DNA of 57,123 nt, filler included, from Bipalium vagum (Eukaryota), in the NCBI GenBank assembly GCA_037834085.1. It is 3 parts of 3 records of this genome, joined end to end, with 100 filler letters (N's around TTAATTAATTAA, not from the genome) between each part and the next. Parts side by side here need not be neighbours in the genome. Positions count along the whole stretch, not along the records: positions 25,530 to 41,410 come from JBBMKC010140565.1; 2 more parts are not named here. One strand, given 5' to 3'. Position numbers and translations under genes: made by a program. Below the pieces are notes generated by a model. That model ran no database searches. It was not told the origin of the DNA and worked only from the letters and a program-made list of their open reading frames with translations. Positions 25,683 through 39,720 of the stretch are shown piece by piece. Numbering within the stretch: the first letter of the stretch is position 1; the number at the start of each line of letters is the position of its first letter.

Positions 25683-25989
25683 TAAGTTTCATTATAAAGG
25701 CATTCTCCACGTTGGTTAATTTATTTTAGATTATTAAAAATATTTATATACTCTGAATTATCTAACGGTTGTTCGAAAAATAAAAAAAACCAATTCATTT
25801 ATGTTTTAATCAATAATACAGAATTATTATTCTGATTAAGGATTATCGATTTATAGTTTTGAGATATTATTGACAGTTGTATGTTGTATAGTTCACTTTT
25901 ATGAATTTCTTAGCTTATCTGTTTTGATTAACTAATTGAAAATGATTACTTTATCAGAAAATAAATAAATCAAATGTCAACTTATTATT

Positions 25990-26702
25990 AATCATACGGC
26001 AAGAGATATTTATATGGATTTGTTTTCTACTAGTGGGAATAATGTCCAATCATATTTCATAGTCGACTAAGTGCTTCCGAGAAGGGCATCAGAACTCGCA
26101 CCTTGTTCATCATTTCACCTTGGTAATGCCTGAGAATTTCATGGCTTTCCAAGAAACTGTGATTAAGAATCTTTTAATTAACATTCGTGATATTGAAAAC
26201 ATAACTGGGATTGTAAGCATACATGAAATATTGTACATTAAGTTACGACTCAGACATGTTTGTTCCCGATGGGTATTTGATTTACTCATTGAGTTGCAAA
26301 ATAAAGTAAGAGTGAAAATCCATAAATCATTACTCAGTGGTTTCGACAAATGGATAAAAACCATTTTGCATTTTCATGAGTGATAAAACTTGGATAAACT
26401 ATTTTTTAATTCAAAACAAAGCAGCAAAATGATATGGATTGCTGAATGAAATCTTTATCATGAGTAGTAAAATATATATATCACCTACGTCGACATATAT
26501 ATAAAGGTTGAAATCAGCTGGGAACAGTCATATACCAGTATATGAAACATGTATCAAAAGAATACTTTTTTCTTACAATGAATAATGAGATTAAAAAGTT
26601 TACAAATATTGATGGACAATACTTTGAACAAATGTAACAACTGTTTATTTTGTACTGCTTTATTAAAATTTAGTGTATTCTTATTACTTTTCGGTAACCC
26701 TT
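25990..26702 (+). mobile_element. mariner remnant
   Basis: VSIHEILYIKLRLRHVCSRWV (WVP motif region); terminus TTACTTTTCGGTAACCCTTG+TA. Confidence 0.7.
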
Positions 26703-28329
26703 GTAAATAAGGTATATATAATATTATTATAATTATTATTTTATATTATTATTATTATAATTTTATTTTTTATTTGTTAAATATGTCAAAGTCTTCCGTT
26801 AAAGAACATTTTAATTAAAATAATATGAATGGTTAATTAAAAAATGTTGTTCACTAATATCAGATAATAATGAAAATAGAAATGTTCATCATTAAAAGAT
26901 TATGTTTACTTTATTTTATTTGCACAATGAGGAGAATAAATAAAACAATGTTTGGAATTCTTGCCAGACAGGAGTCAGCTGAAAAGGAAAAATATTAATA
27001 CAATTATAAGAATTATATACTTTGTTAAAATTGTTTGATGATTGATGATTGCCTCTTTTCCAGTGATTGATGGAAGTTTACAATTTACATTATTGTCAAA
27101 AGTAAAAAAGACAGAGGTCCTAGAAGTCGCTTAAAAACTATGAAAAATCCCAAGGAAAGAAACAAATGTATCGACATTCATTTGAAGACTTCGATACTCA
27201 ATTCTATTACAAATTAATTTCCTTATATATAAAAATTTTTCCGCTGAATAAATTACCTGAACTAATCCCGAACGTAATGGTAACGCATCATCTCAGATAT
27301 TGGGAAACCTCTGAATTTCGTCTTCACAAAACACTTACCTTGTTTTCATCAATTAGAAATTAATCAAATTATCGGATTTATTATAGTTGAGGTACCTGAA
27401 AAATATTTGTTTAATTTAACTATTTAAATCCATTAATGAACATTTTTAATTTAAAAATTTTATAATTTAATTTTAAAATACCCAAATAATATTGTAATTA
27501 GGGTATTATTACATGAAAAAGAATGTTAAAGTAAGACAATTTATATATTTCCATCCATATATGAATTGAAGAGAATTTTTTTCGATGAAAGTCTGTATAT
27601 CAAATTTTTATTGAATCTAAATATTTAAAACTCCATGAAAATAAATCAATTTTGTGCTAAACCTTAAAAACTGAAATTGAAAAAAGATTTGTGGAGATGT
27701 ACAGATTATAAATGCTACTAGACCTCAATTATTATGCATAGGTGTAACCGGATTAATTTGAAATCGATCACCGGAAGACTTTGATCATTCCAAACGATCA
27801 GAATTGAATGAAAATAAGGAGGTCAATTTAGCATTTCAAAACTTTTCACTAACAAGTTGTCTTTTAAATGATAATACGACCTGCTCATAGACATGGTTTC
27901 CTCCAATGTTATGCAAATCACCTTATTAACAAAAATCAATATTTTAAATAAAAAAATTAACAAGGACTTCAAAACACTCAAAATATCATTTTTTTTTCAA
28001 AATCATTTTTAGATGATAACCAATAATCAATAAAGAAAGTCTGCTAATTTTCTGTCTTTATACAACTTTTGAACAAAATATACATACTCATATTGACAAA
28101 ATCACTGAAAAATAACAGTCACATAATTTACAATAATTACTGCAATAATAGAATTATTTTTCATGATTTATTAAAAATATTTACAAAATTTCAAAATTAA
28201 ATGTTTAAAATTTAATTTACTTAAACAAAAGACGACCTTCAAAATATCAGGCATCTAGTTTATATATATTAACCAAATTGTCACCCAAGTAATATTATTG
28301 AAGCTATTATGTTGCTTCGGAGACATAAA

Positions 28330-28630
28330 ATTTATATATTGCAGCTGATTCTTCGAACAAGATGAGCACCTACACATCGGACATGCACGAGACAAGAGTT
28401 TTATAAATTTTATTTAACGGGGGTTGTAAAATCAATAGAATGGCTACCATAGAAATACCAACAAATTTCGCTAGATTATGTTTTATGAATATCGTATTTG
28501 TACAAGAATTCGTATTTGTACATTTAAATCCAAAATGATCTAAAGTAAGATTATATATGTATGGATACCGTTGATTTATAGTGTATTACTATAAGATCTC
28601 GATGGTGTATCATTCTTGTTTAAAATTAAA
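28330..28630 (+). mobile_element. Probable DD41D (rosa-type) ITm remnant
   Basis: FEQD..APTH and SIEWLP...LDYVL resemble FQQDGAPxH and IEWPPRSPDLTPLDY; very decayed. Confidence 0.4.
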
Positions 28631-28829
28631 TTAAATATATTTAAATAATGTTTGTTATATTTGAAATAAAGTCGAAATAAAATTTTTTTTAAATATCTAA
28701 AAATCTAACATAAGTTTATATAGATTTAAAAATAATATTTGTTTAAATAACCAATTTTAGAAGGCTCAATAAATGAATAAATCAAAATTACATTTTAGAC
28801 TTACTAATGTTTTTATTCAATGTGTGGAA

Positions 28830-29765
28830 ATCAGTAACAGAAGTGCAATATTAGGCTCAATCTTTGTCAAACTGCAAATTCTTTTTTTCCAAATTTAAAT
28901 CAGGCGACTTCAATTTGAATGATAAAGACAGACACGATCAACCAAAAAAGTTTTAAGATAATTAATTAAGACTTTGAATAAAAACAGATGCTCAAACTGA
29001 GAAACATGACACTAGCCAAGAGATTAAAAATTCCGGGCTGCTACGTAGGTTAGGAAAAATTCAGAAGGATTGAAAGGGGTCCCTCATAATTTGAGTGAAA
29101 GTGCAAATTGTGTCATTTAAGTATAACCACATCTTTCCTTGTACGACAAAAAGGGTTTTTTTTTAGATTAATTTGTCAAGGGGGTCAAAAAATGAATTTA
29201 TTTTCATACTCTAAATGAAAGAAATCATTGGTTCATCCAAGACAGAAGTCCATGTCAACCACAACGCGTAATAATTATGAAAAGAAAGTTGTGTTTTGTA
29301 TTTGAAGGGATACGGAAGGTGTCGTGTACCATGAACTTTTTAAATCGAAGGAAATAGTTATGGGAGAACGATATCAACATCAACTAAAATGATTAAATGA
29401 AAAATTGATTAAAACAAGACCTACAGTAATCAGAAATTGATTAAATATTTCAATTGACAAGCAAGTATTGTAATACTTTCGCTCAACGTACTTTCCAGAC
29501 AGAGTTCCAACAGATTTTCATTTAACAAGGTTAATGACACATTCTTTAGAAGAAATCTTACGAAGATGTTGAAAATTGAGTGTTCAATTATACTCATTCT
29601 AAAGAAAAATCATTTAATCGTCGCGGAATAGTTAAATTTCCATATTTATGGGAAAGTCATTTATAACGATGGAAAATAATTTGATTGATTTTAATGGGAA
29701 TATTTTTCAAAAGATAAATATTAAAAGTTTTTTTAAAGATATGAAATTAAGGCACTCTGCTAATA
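28830..29765 (+). mobile_element. mariner fossil (Mos1-like)
   Basis: FKSGDFNLNDKDR, GKIQK..GVPHNLSE, EGVVYHELFKS, GERYQHQL; multiple stops. Confidence 0.8.
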
Positions 29766-30339
29766 TTTATTTTAAAGAGAAAAATATCGTCACACACTGA
29801 TCACTGTATAATTCTCAGGAAACAGTAACCAATGTGTTCCAATATATCACATTCATATATCTACTGGATTTTAATTATCGATCATACTATTTTTGCAAAT
29901 TAATACTTTGATTTATTTTATAATAATCACATCATATTGAACTTTAACTATAATATTGAGAATGAATATTTATCTATGACTGTTAAGGATTTTGTCTTTG
30001 GTTTCTTTTTTCCACTGTCTGACTTTTGATTCTTCTTTCTGAGCTAATTTCCTCTATGATGGATACACATACAATTAATGTGTAGGGTTCTTGATTTCAC
30101 TCAAGTAAATTGAAGATTCAAATAAATGCACTGAAATCCAATACGACTCAATTTTCGTTGTCTGTCATATATATCCTATACGTATTCGACGAGAGAATGA
30201 CAAGACAGTTTCCTTAAAATACATTCAAACTCTTATTAATTTATAGATAAAAATCGTAGTTTAGTTTATTACTATATATTATATTAGTACAGGAAAAAAA
30301 ATGATAATTTCCAAAATTTTATTATTGATAATCAATATT

Positions 30340-30660
30340 TCAATATAGTGAAAATTTTTGAAAAAATCAAATCATTGGAATCTGTTCAGTTTTTATCACA
30401 TCGTGATTTTGCTCCATCGGATTATCATTTTTTGCGGTAATGGTACATTTCATAAAAATGGTGTATCAATGTTTTTGACTAGGTAGAAAAATGCAAAAAG
30501 ACTATAAATAGTTTCATCGTGTGATGGAAAACTGGCACATAAATGGGTTAAGATTTTTGAGTTCAATGGTTTTTATTTTTGGATTTACCAAAAGTTTACT
30601 TAATTCACTTCTTTCTTCATTATTTTATGAAAAGAAGAAATTACTTATGACTTACCCTAG
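30340..30660 (+). mobile_element. mariner 3' fragment with TIR
   Basis: DFAPSDYHFLR; terminus AAATTACTTATGACTTACCCTAG resembles the end at 37358. Confidence 0.65.
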
Positions 30661-30676
30661 CATATCCTGCTTAATA

Positions 30677-31930
30677 TTAGGTTGGTACATAAGTTCCCGC
30701 GTTTTTTTATTGAAAAGTATTTTTGTGAAAACCAACTATTATTTTATTAATATTACAAATAATAAATCAATCAGTAATATAATCTCCGTTATTGTTCACG
30801 AAATGCTCCCACCTCTCGACCAATTTGCTGATACCACTTCTCCAGAAATCGGCAGTCTGAGTCTCAAAGAATTTTTTGAGATCCTCCTCGTTCTTGAATG
30901 TCACATCCTCATTTGATTGGACAATGAGCGGTAGAGGCGAAAGTCAGTTGGCGCCAGGTCAGGAGAGTACGGCGGATGTTGAAGAATCTCACATTTGAGC
31001 TCTTGGAGGGCTATTTTGACTATATTCGCTGTGTGTGGCCGTGCATTGTCATGAAGCAAAATGACATGACTACGATGATCTGAACTTTTCAGTTGAATAG
31101 ATTCGTTTACTCTTTGCAACTGAGCTACATATAGTTCTTTGTTAATAGTCTTATTTTTCTTAATTATTTCTCAGTACACTAAACCTTCTTAGTTCCACCA
31201 TACACATATCATTGTTTTCTTGGGATGAAGTTCTTTTTTAATCTTGGCTTAGGCATGACTCCTTTAGCTACCCACTCCTTCCTCTGTCTCATATTGACGT
31301 AGAGACACCATTTCTCGTCTTCCGTGACGATTCTCTGCAGAAATCGTTCCGTGTGGTCGCATGTCGCTCGGTGCCAAGGAAGATGCTGTGCTGCGATTTG
31401 GAGACGATTTCCTTTGTCTTGGTCGCTGAATTTATGAGGTATCCAAGCTGCAAATGTTCGTTCAAAGCCGATCGAATGAGGGTATCTGAGGATTGTCGGA
31501 TGAGTACAGCCAATTTTTTCAGCGAGCTCTCTGTATGTTTGATGACCATTCCCTTTAAAACTCCTGAAGACTTTCTTCGTCGAATTCGGATAGTCAAGCA
31601 GAGTGAAATTTATCTTCAAGATCAAAATTACCCTTTGAATTTTTTTTACCATTCTTGAGCGATCTTCACACCTATTGCATTAACTCCATAGACAGCACAA
31701 ATGTCTCGTGTTGTTTCTGTAGCTTCCTGATCACGGCGAAAGGCATAATATAATAAATACCGAAAATGAATTTTTTCGTTGCCTGGAATATCCATTTGTA
31801 GAGCTAAAAAATATATGTATAATTAAGTTATTGAATGAATAATGATTACATGCTTGTAGCTTAAAAAAGCGCTTTCAAAATAATTATTTTTGCTCAGCAA
31901 AACAAAGCTAAAAATAGAAAGAATGAAAAA
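30677..31930 (-). mobile_element. Near full-length mariner (DD34D) with disrupted transposase (31795-30767)
   Basis: TA|TTAGGTTGGTACATAAGTTCCC TIR; AAWIPHKFS, IVTEDEKW, LLHDNARPH, PYSPDLAPTDF; frameshifted. Confidence 0.92.
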
Positions 31931-34274
31931 TTTAAAAAATGATCTTATCTTTAACAGAAAACTTTTTATATATGTGTAGGACTGGTGCCTTTATTGCTTG
32001 TTTCTCAGATAATTAACCGCCTTGTTCCATCAGAGAGCTTTTTCTTCGACAGGCGCTTCTTTTATTTCAAATATTCCTGAAATAATATCGGTTTGAACTC
32101 TCTTGCCTTCAGAGTTTATTTTCTATCCGCCTGAGTCCTATCACTATGGGCAGCAGTCATCTCTTTCTTCTTTTTTGTCTTGTTAATTATTGACATTTTC
32201 TAACGAGTAAATAAAAACTGATATTTATATTTATAAACATTTTATATATTTAATGTACTAAATGATCAAAGGTGATCAAAGTTTAAAATCTCTCTCTAAT
32301 TACTAATTATTTAATAAATTTAGTTTTAAAGAGATTCGACAATACCAGTGTTAACAAAATATTTGAATTATTTAAACAAACGTCCTATTAAATTTGAGTT
32401 ATTGATATACATGTACCAAAATTTACAAAACAGCCACTTATACGTTGGCATATCATAAAAAAACTAAAAATTATTTTTGTTAATCAAATTTATAAATATT
32501 TTTAATGATACGGGACATAAACTTGGTTGTTCCTTATCTCCAAATGATAAAGCTATAAAATTCAGATATAAATAAATTCAGATATTGAATAAAGTACATC
32601 TTAATTTCTGAAAATTGACCGTGTTCTTTTGAGACAAAATTATTTCATTAAATTAATTAAATCAATATTGTAAAATAAAAATAAATTAATATTACACGTA
32701 AATCTAATTTTAAAAATCAATTTTAATTTAATTTTTAACAAAATATTATAAATATTAATGAGGATATTAAATGATGAAATATGATATTTCCATGTTTATA
32801 AATTGCCAATAAGATTAAAGTAATAAAATACTAAAATAATTAAACAATTAAATATTTTTGTTTGACTTCAATATCGATTGACTGTATCAGACAGGTCTGC
32901 TGGCAAGAAAATATATTAAATCAAGCGACTTAGATTAATTCATATTAACATTTGTAATTTTTTCAACTTATTTAATTTAAATTTGTACTAATAAAATTTT
33001 ATGGTTTTATTTTTTATAATAAGTTTTTTTTAGAAAAGAAAACGCCAACTGGAACATTGTTTTCATAACTTAAATATTTGATCAACTCAAAATATTCATA
33101 ATAAACAAAATATTGTCATTTATGTCAATATATATATTAAAAATGTCTAAAAATATAAATTATAAATTTCTTTATAAAATTATAGCAAAAAATATTTAAT
33201 ACATAATTTTTTTGTGAAAATATTTATTTAATTTCGAATTTATTTATAAATGGATTCTGTGTTCTTATTATGTGAATGAATTATAATGAATAATAATAAT
33301 AATAATAAAATATTCACAATACTAAAAGTGACTAAAAGTTTACTATCAAATAGTTTGATCGAATAAATGGAACTCAACGGTAATATAACATATAGGAATA
33401 ATCTCGAGATCAGTGGAGCCTAATAATTATTGAGGCATTGCAATTAAGGTGATACGAGTGGAAACTAGGGTTCTGAAGCCCTGTTAAATACTCTAAATTA
33501 ATGAATATTTCCAGTAAGGCATATTTGCAATAATAAAGAAACCTAGTTGGAAAATTGCGTTATCAAAACCCAAACAAAATATTTTATCTTCTTTGACGAT
33601 AAGAAAGGAAAATGAGATTAGTTTCAGAGAACAGTTAATCTTTTTAATGTCATAAAATCTTTTGAAATTTACATTTTACGAGGTCACAAAATTATGGAAA
33701 ATATGACGTATAATAATAATATATAAAAAATATAACGTAACTTATATTATTTGATTTTTATAGACTTTATTGTGGAACGTAACTCTCTAATGTCCCTCTT
33801 CTCAAATGAAGGTTGCAGAAAATAACTTGAAAAATTCGTGATCTAGTCCTTGATGATATCTGGGTCAAAGTGACCGAGAGCGTGTATTATGTAGGTTAAG
33901 AATGTACATTTTTAAACTTCAAGATTCGAACAATGACAAACGAATTAAATATCGGAAATATTATCAACATAAAGAAAAAACTAAGAGAAATTCAAAAATC
34001 ACTGAAAGAAGTAAAAGTATTACTGATGTAATTGAAGAGAATGCCTCCTTTGGGTCCTTTCAAATAGCTTTAGATGATAATATCAGTTTGAAGGGTTTGC
34101 ATGGAGGCATACCGAAACCATGTGATATGGTTTTTGATGATTTTTTAAAAGATCTTTTTTTAAAGGCTTTGAGGACGGCCTTTGATAATGGTGAGGACAT
34201 ATAGACTATCCAAGGATTCAATATAATAATATTTTAGGAACTTGGTTAGAGATTATTATTTGTTGAAAATTATT

Positions 34275-34348
34275 CGGAAATTTCGGAATTTGAACCGGGG
34301 ACCTTTCACATGTGCATGGCCTGCTCTGATCCCTGAGCTACATTTACC
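34275..34348 (-). pseudogene. tRNA-derived pseudogene/SINE head (Val-like 3' half, positional anticodon CAC)
   Basis: 74 nt; A-box TAGCTCAG with GCTC/GAGC D-stem; B-box GGTTCAAATTCC; anticodon and T stems broken. Confidence 0.6.
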
Positions 34349-34439
34349 GAATAAGTTTCAATTTATCTCACATGCTCCTCGTTTAAACCTCACACCAAGA
34401 CTCTTATCCTGAGTCTCTGACTTCCATTACCATTTTTGA

Positions 34440-34880
34440 AGAAACAAAAGGATCTATTTTATTTTGGCAAGATCTGGCCAGCTCAAATTATTTGAAATTA
34501 TGTGTAGATTGGTTCAATGCAAATAATGTGAACGTTGTACTCGAAATGTTCCTGAACTGCGCTCAATTGAAAAATATTAGGCTCTGATGAAAGAGAAGCT
34601 TAGAAAAGATAGAGGGGAAGTAATGGTAACCGAGGAATTTAAACATAAATGGAATAAATTCTCAAAGAAAGTCGCTCAAGAGGCAATAAGAAGTTTAATG
34701 TTAAAGGTTATTTATCAAGTTTACATTAACTTAAAAATATAATAAATATACTGGTGAATTTGTCAATTCTTTTGCTTATTAAATAAAACAAATTCTTTTG
34801 ATTCAGTCCCTATTTAATGTAACAAATAATTTTTAATATTGCATTGCAAAGTGACCGTCACCTATTTTTAACCGAATATT
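34440..34880 (+). mobile_element. DD37E-type ITm transposase 3' fragment
   Basis: LFWQDLASSNY...WFNANNVNVV..NVPELRSIEKY*ALMK matches the DD37E LFWPDLASCHY...PELRPIEKYW signature. Confidence 0.7.
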
Positions 34881-36259
34881 TTTGTCCAGTCGAGCTTTCG
34901 AGTATGGTCAGTATTGCGTTTTTACCAAAAATACTTCCTTGATTGACCCTAATTGTCTCACGAGACCGTCAAGATTGATCACAATAACAATTGAATCTCT
35001 CAGTGTCTGAAGTACACTTTTTTGGCAGGTATTTTTGAAGGCGACTAATTTAATGTAAAAATAAAACAGTGATATTTAAAAATCCTTACTTTTTTCTATA
35101 ATTTGCTTTTATTTCGGTAATTGTTGGATGAAACAAAATTTGTTTTAATGTAAAAAATCTGTAAACATTCAATCGCAAAATCAATTTGAAAGGAAATATT
35201 TTTTGAAAAATTTACGATATATTTTAACAATTTTACATTTTCTTAAATCCAGAAATTGGTAGTCTTGTTATAAATGATAATAAGAAATTATTATTGAAAT
35301 TATTATTAAATAATAATAATTCCTACGTTTTTAAAAAAAATTTTAAAAAAATTATAAATAATAAAAATAAAATAAAATAAAAATAATAAAAATAAAAAAA
35401 TCAATTATAATACAATAGTATTATTTATTAATTTAATTTAAAATCACATACAGTGTAAAGCATTATTATGCATAATATCTTAATGATTTAATTAATAATA
35501 ATATAAATGAAAGTTTTAGAATAAATTTTAAGAAAATATTAAATGCGTAGGGATAAAATGAGGGGATTATTTATTGAAAAACCATTTCAACCAGGATTAA
35601 AAAAAGTGAATTTTCTTATTCATTAACTACAAAACTTTATAATTTTAAAAATCAAACTGTATTCAGACATTTTTAATAAATTATTTATGAATATTATTTT
35701 TAATTGAATATCAGTAATATTTTGACTAAAAGCTTATTTTATTTTTCGAACACGCAAACCCTAAAATAAATTTTTTTATTTTTGAAGAAATTATTTTTAT
35801 TTCATTTTGATAATTTTTATTTTTTAAAGATCGGCTGTCAAATTTATAGTCTATTTTTTTTGGTGTTTACAAAATTTTACAATTTCCAAATTTGTTTTCA
35901 TTTTTAAATTAAACGATACACTATTTGTTATCTTTTATGATATATATTAATAATTTGAAATTCAGTCAATTGTCTGAAAAATTCAAAAAAATACATTTTT
36001 TAATAAGAACAAATGACAAGGATTTCAATAAGACTCTTTCAAATAAAAAAATAAATTTATTCTATTTAAAAAAAATTTCATCTATAATTTTGTGATAAAA
36101 TTTTTAACGTATAATTTGTCCTAACATTTTAATGAATTTTCAATGACAGGGTGCACCATTTTGCTCAGAAGACGGAGTTTTTACGTACAAATCTTCTTAA
36201 TTCTTCTTTCAATACTATTTGATAAAGAGTTGAATCTAATCGCATCATTGTTCTTGAAC

Positions 36260-37358
36260 CTTAAACATTTGTGGTACGCCGTTTCGATCTCGTTCAAGTT
36301 ATTGAAACTACGCCCTCGAAGAAAATGTTCCATTGATTGAAAAATATGGTAATCCGATGGGACACGATCAGGACTGTATGCTGAATGTGATAACAGTTCT
36401 ATAGATTCACATTCTCTCATTTTCACTGTTGTTTTCTTGGCAGTGTGCGGTTTTGTATTATCTTGTTTTATGACCACCAACTTTTGATTGACCAATGCCG
36501 AATATTTCAACTTTCATTTTTGAAACATTTGATCCAATTGAGCGTAATATAGGTCTGCGTCTAGTGATGTACTATTTGGAATCAATTCAAAGTGAATCAC
36601 GCCTTTGAAATTCCACCAACACATAATAATGTTTTCTTTGAGAATCGGTCTCTTTTGGAACAGATTCTGCTACTTGTCTAGGGTCCAACTACTGATTATT
36701 TTTGTGAGGATTGATAAAATATATCCACTTTTCATCAGAAGTTACAATTTGTTTAATGAAACCATCATCCTGAGGATTTTCACCAGCTTTCTACACGTTT
36801 TCATACGTCACTTTGCCTAATTTTCGGTCAAATCGTGAAGTATTTCTCTACATCGTTTGTTGACCTTACCAATTGTTTTAAGGTATCGGACAACTGTTGC
36901 TTGGGAAATACCTAGATCAGTAGACAATATTTGAGTGCTAGTCGACGGTTTAGATTCAACAACATTTGGTAACGTTCCTTGATTCACAGTTACTGGCCTA
37001 CCGGAACGTGGTTGATCGTATAGATCATTGTCACCTTCATTAAATTTTTTGGACCAGATTTTGGCTCTACGAATGGAGACTACACTTTCACCTTCTACTT
37101 TACAGATTTTCCTGGTAGCTTCACTTGCTTTGAATTATTGCTTCCAATAATGTCGAAGAAGCGTGCAAATTTAGATTTTTTCCATTTTTATTTCAGCTAA
37201 AATAAAAGATTGTATTACATTTATATAACTTAAATCAATTAACCTCATGGTAGAAAATTTATTAAGTTTCAAATTGATATATTTAAATTGTTTATCAACT
37301 AAAAAATTATTTTGAACTACTTAAACAAAACATCGAAATTACTTATGAATCACCCTAA
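36260..37358 (-). mobile_element. mariner fossil with one TIR
   Basis: ATG 37185; DQPRSGRP, IVTSDEKW, KQDNTKPH, YSPDRVPSDYHIF; stops; TIR ...ATGAATCACCCTAA|TA. Confidence 0.88.
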
Positions 37359-37639
37359 TAACATTATACAAAATTTTATTAAAATCAATTGATTGACCAT
37401 TGGCAATACGCTTTAAACTGCAAATCGTCCATCAAAAAAACACGTTTTACAGTACTTCTATGGACATCTGGCTTTTGGGAAATTAATTTCATTGCTTATA
37501 ACGAACGCTTGTTAAGGTCATTATTAATATTTTTTAAAAAATTAAATTGTAAAAAGAGATTTCAGAAAATTCAACAAAAATTAATTAATCAAGTGCTCCA
37601 TTTATTTTGAACCACCAGAAATTTTTTTAAGCTAATCAT

Positions 37640-38000
37640 TTTAATAAATGGAACTGTGATAGTTGAATGCCTTGTTATAATGAAATTTTTAATCAAACTG
37701 GTTTGGAGAACATTGGGTATCATCGAATCTTTGAAAAAAGTTTATCAAGATGATAGGTCAAGGAAAACAAGACTTTATGATAGGGTAACAGATTTATCGA
37801 CTCAGGTTAAATCCAATTCTTTGGACATATTGTATAGACCCGCTCATTCCATTTTAAAAGATCGATTATGATTATGTAAGCTTTCGGCCAAATGAGTAGC
37901 AAAAGTAGTACTTAAAGAACGTAGGATTCAAATGAAAAGACAACGTGATTTAGGTAATCAACAGATTTGTTGATGAATCACGAAGGATTGTTTAAATTTA
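37640..38000 (+). mobile_element. mariner N-terminal remnant
   Basis: SLKKVYQDD.., AHSILKDRL*LCKLSAK*V. Confidence 0.55.
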
Positions 38001-38024
38001 TGGAAAATTCACAGCATATGTTTC

Positions 38025-38180
38025 TTCAACTTCGTGAAGGGTCAGTGATATTTTCTAATTCCTTGAATCGTTAGATTGCCTTCCCAATATTCAACTAACG
38101 AGCAATCTCGATCTGTCTTTTGTTTTGCTTATATAAATTAATTATAGAAAACGGACACTTTTGTGATCTCCTGACATTAA
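38025..38180 (-). mobile_element. maT-like transposase HTH fragment
   Basis: LNLYKQNKRQIEIAR*LNI..AI*RFKELENITD.SRS. Confidence 0.45.
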
Positions 38181-39139
38181 AAATAAAAAATATGAGTTCA
38201 ATATAGTATTTATTATTATATTTGAATTAATTGATAGGATGAAAATTTACCCTTTATAAATATATCACTGTTAATCATAATTATTTTGTAAAATTTATTA
38301 ATTTTTATATTTTAATTTGTTTTATTATTCAATATTTTATTTATACTTAATTAATATTTTATTATAATATTATTAATATTTTTAATTAAATGAATTTAAT
38401 TTTCAGTAAAAAGTATTTAAATAATATCCACCAATGTCAGTTAAAATTTATAAAATTTATTTCAATAAAAAATATTTTTAATTTTATTAATAATTTATGA
38501 CTAATTTTCTCATTATTTTAAAAATTGAAGTATCTGAAACGAAAAATAAAATCTACTGGTGATAGTAGGTGGACGTAAAGTGAATATTCGTATACAAATT
38601 CGGTTATGGATCCATAAAATACTTTATTGTTGCTCAGAGTCATCCCAAGTGTAAAATATAGAAACAAAAGTAGGGCTTTCCAAAACTGAAATTGTTAATA
38701 ATTAGTTCTGTGTCGTTTAGGCAGAAAATTAATTATTTAAATTAATTAATAAAATAACTAATAAAAAATTATTGACATCGAGAATAATCACATATATTTT
38801 ATAAAAGAATATATTCCGTTACAATAAAAAATGAGCCTCCATGTTTTTTCATAATAATAAGTTAATTATTTATTATACTTTTCCTGTACCATGATTCTCA
38901 AAAGTAATTTTTAGATTTTGTTTTAAATAAGTTGAATAGAAAAACAGAATCAATGAGATGCTTTCTATATAGTCTTTATATTTAATTTTTATATATTATC
39001 TCTAGTAATATATCAACTAAATTTTTATTATATAATGTAAGTACTACAATTGTTTTAACAAATCAATTTAGAATTAATTTTTTAATCAAATATTCAAATT
39101 GTAAATAGTTCCAAAAATAATAAAACAAAAACTTCAAAA

Positions 39140-39720
39140 AATTTCTTTATCGCGTGTCCAACATGAAAACAGATGAGATGCACATTCAGCATTGTATCTT
39201 TCTCAACAATGTAAATTTGTAACAAGAGAATATGAATCAATTGTTTTCTCTATCCTAAGAAAAGAAGTAACAATGGTAATATGTGCTTTTTGGTTCAAAC
39301 GGTTCAAAGAAGGTGATTTTAATTTCATAGGCAGATCACGTCTTGATACTCACAGAACTTGAAAATCTGGAGCAACAGCTGTCCAATAAAAACGCAAAGA
39401 GGCAGACTGAGTTTACAAAGCAGTTAAGTGTTTTTCAGAAAACTGTTTCCAATCACATACATAAGATGGGCAACATTCAGAAATAAGGACATTCCATATA
39501 ATCTTAGGCAATCTAAAAATGATCAACGTTTGGCATTGTGACTTCTCAATTGATATCGTAAAAAGACGTTTTTCTGAAAAGTCGTTACTCGAGACGAGAA
39601 ATAGATCCATTCTAAAACTTTAAAGCGTTTTGGACATAAGATAAGGCTCTATATCAGGTAAAAAAATCAAATTTGTAAATATTTGCTTTTTCGATCAAAA
39701 TCTCATCAATTACTGTGTGG
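39140..39720 (+). mobile_element. mariner remnant
   Basis: MKTDEMHIQHCI..., CAFWFKRFKEGDFNF. Confidence 0.6.

Noticed and set aside
30521-31658. Plus-strand ORFs 30521..30916 and 31353..31658 (likewise 20367, 21664, 36143, 36605, 41803, 51893, 53276)
   Set aside because: Antisense shadows of transposase, RT, integrase or JIP3 coding sequence
33902-34204. 100-aa ORF
   Set aside because: No recognisable motif or splice support; lies in decayed repeat-like sequence; cannot be assigned
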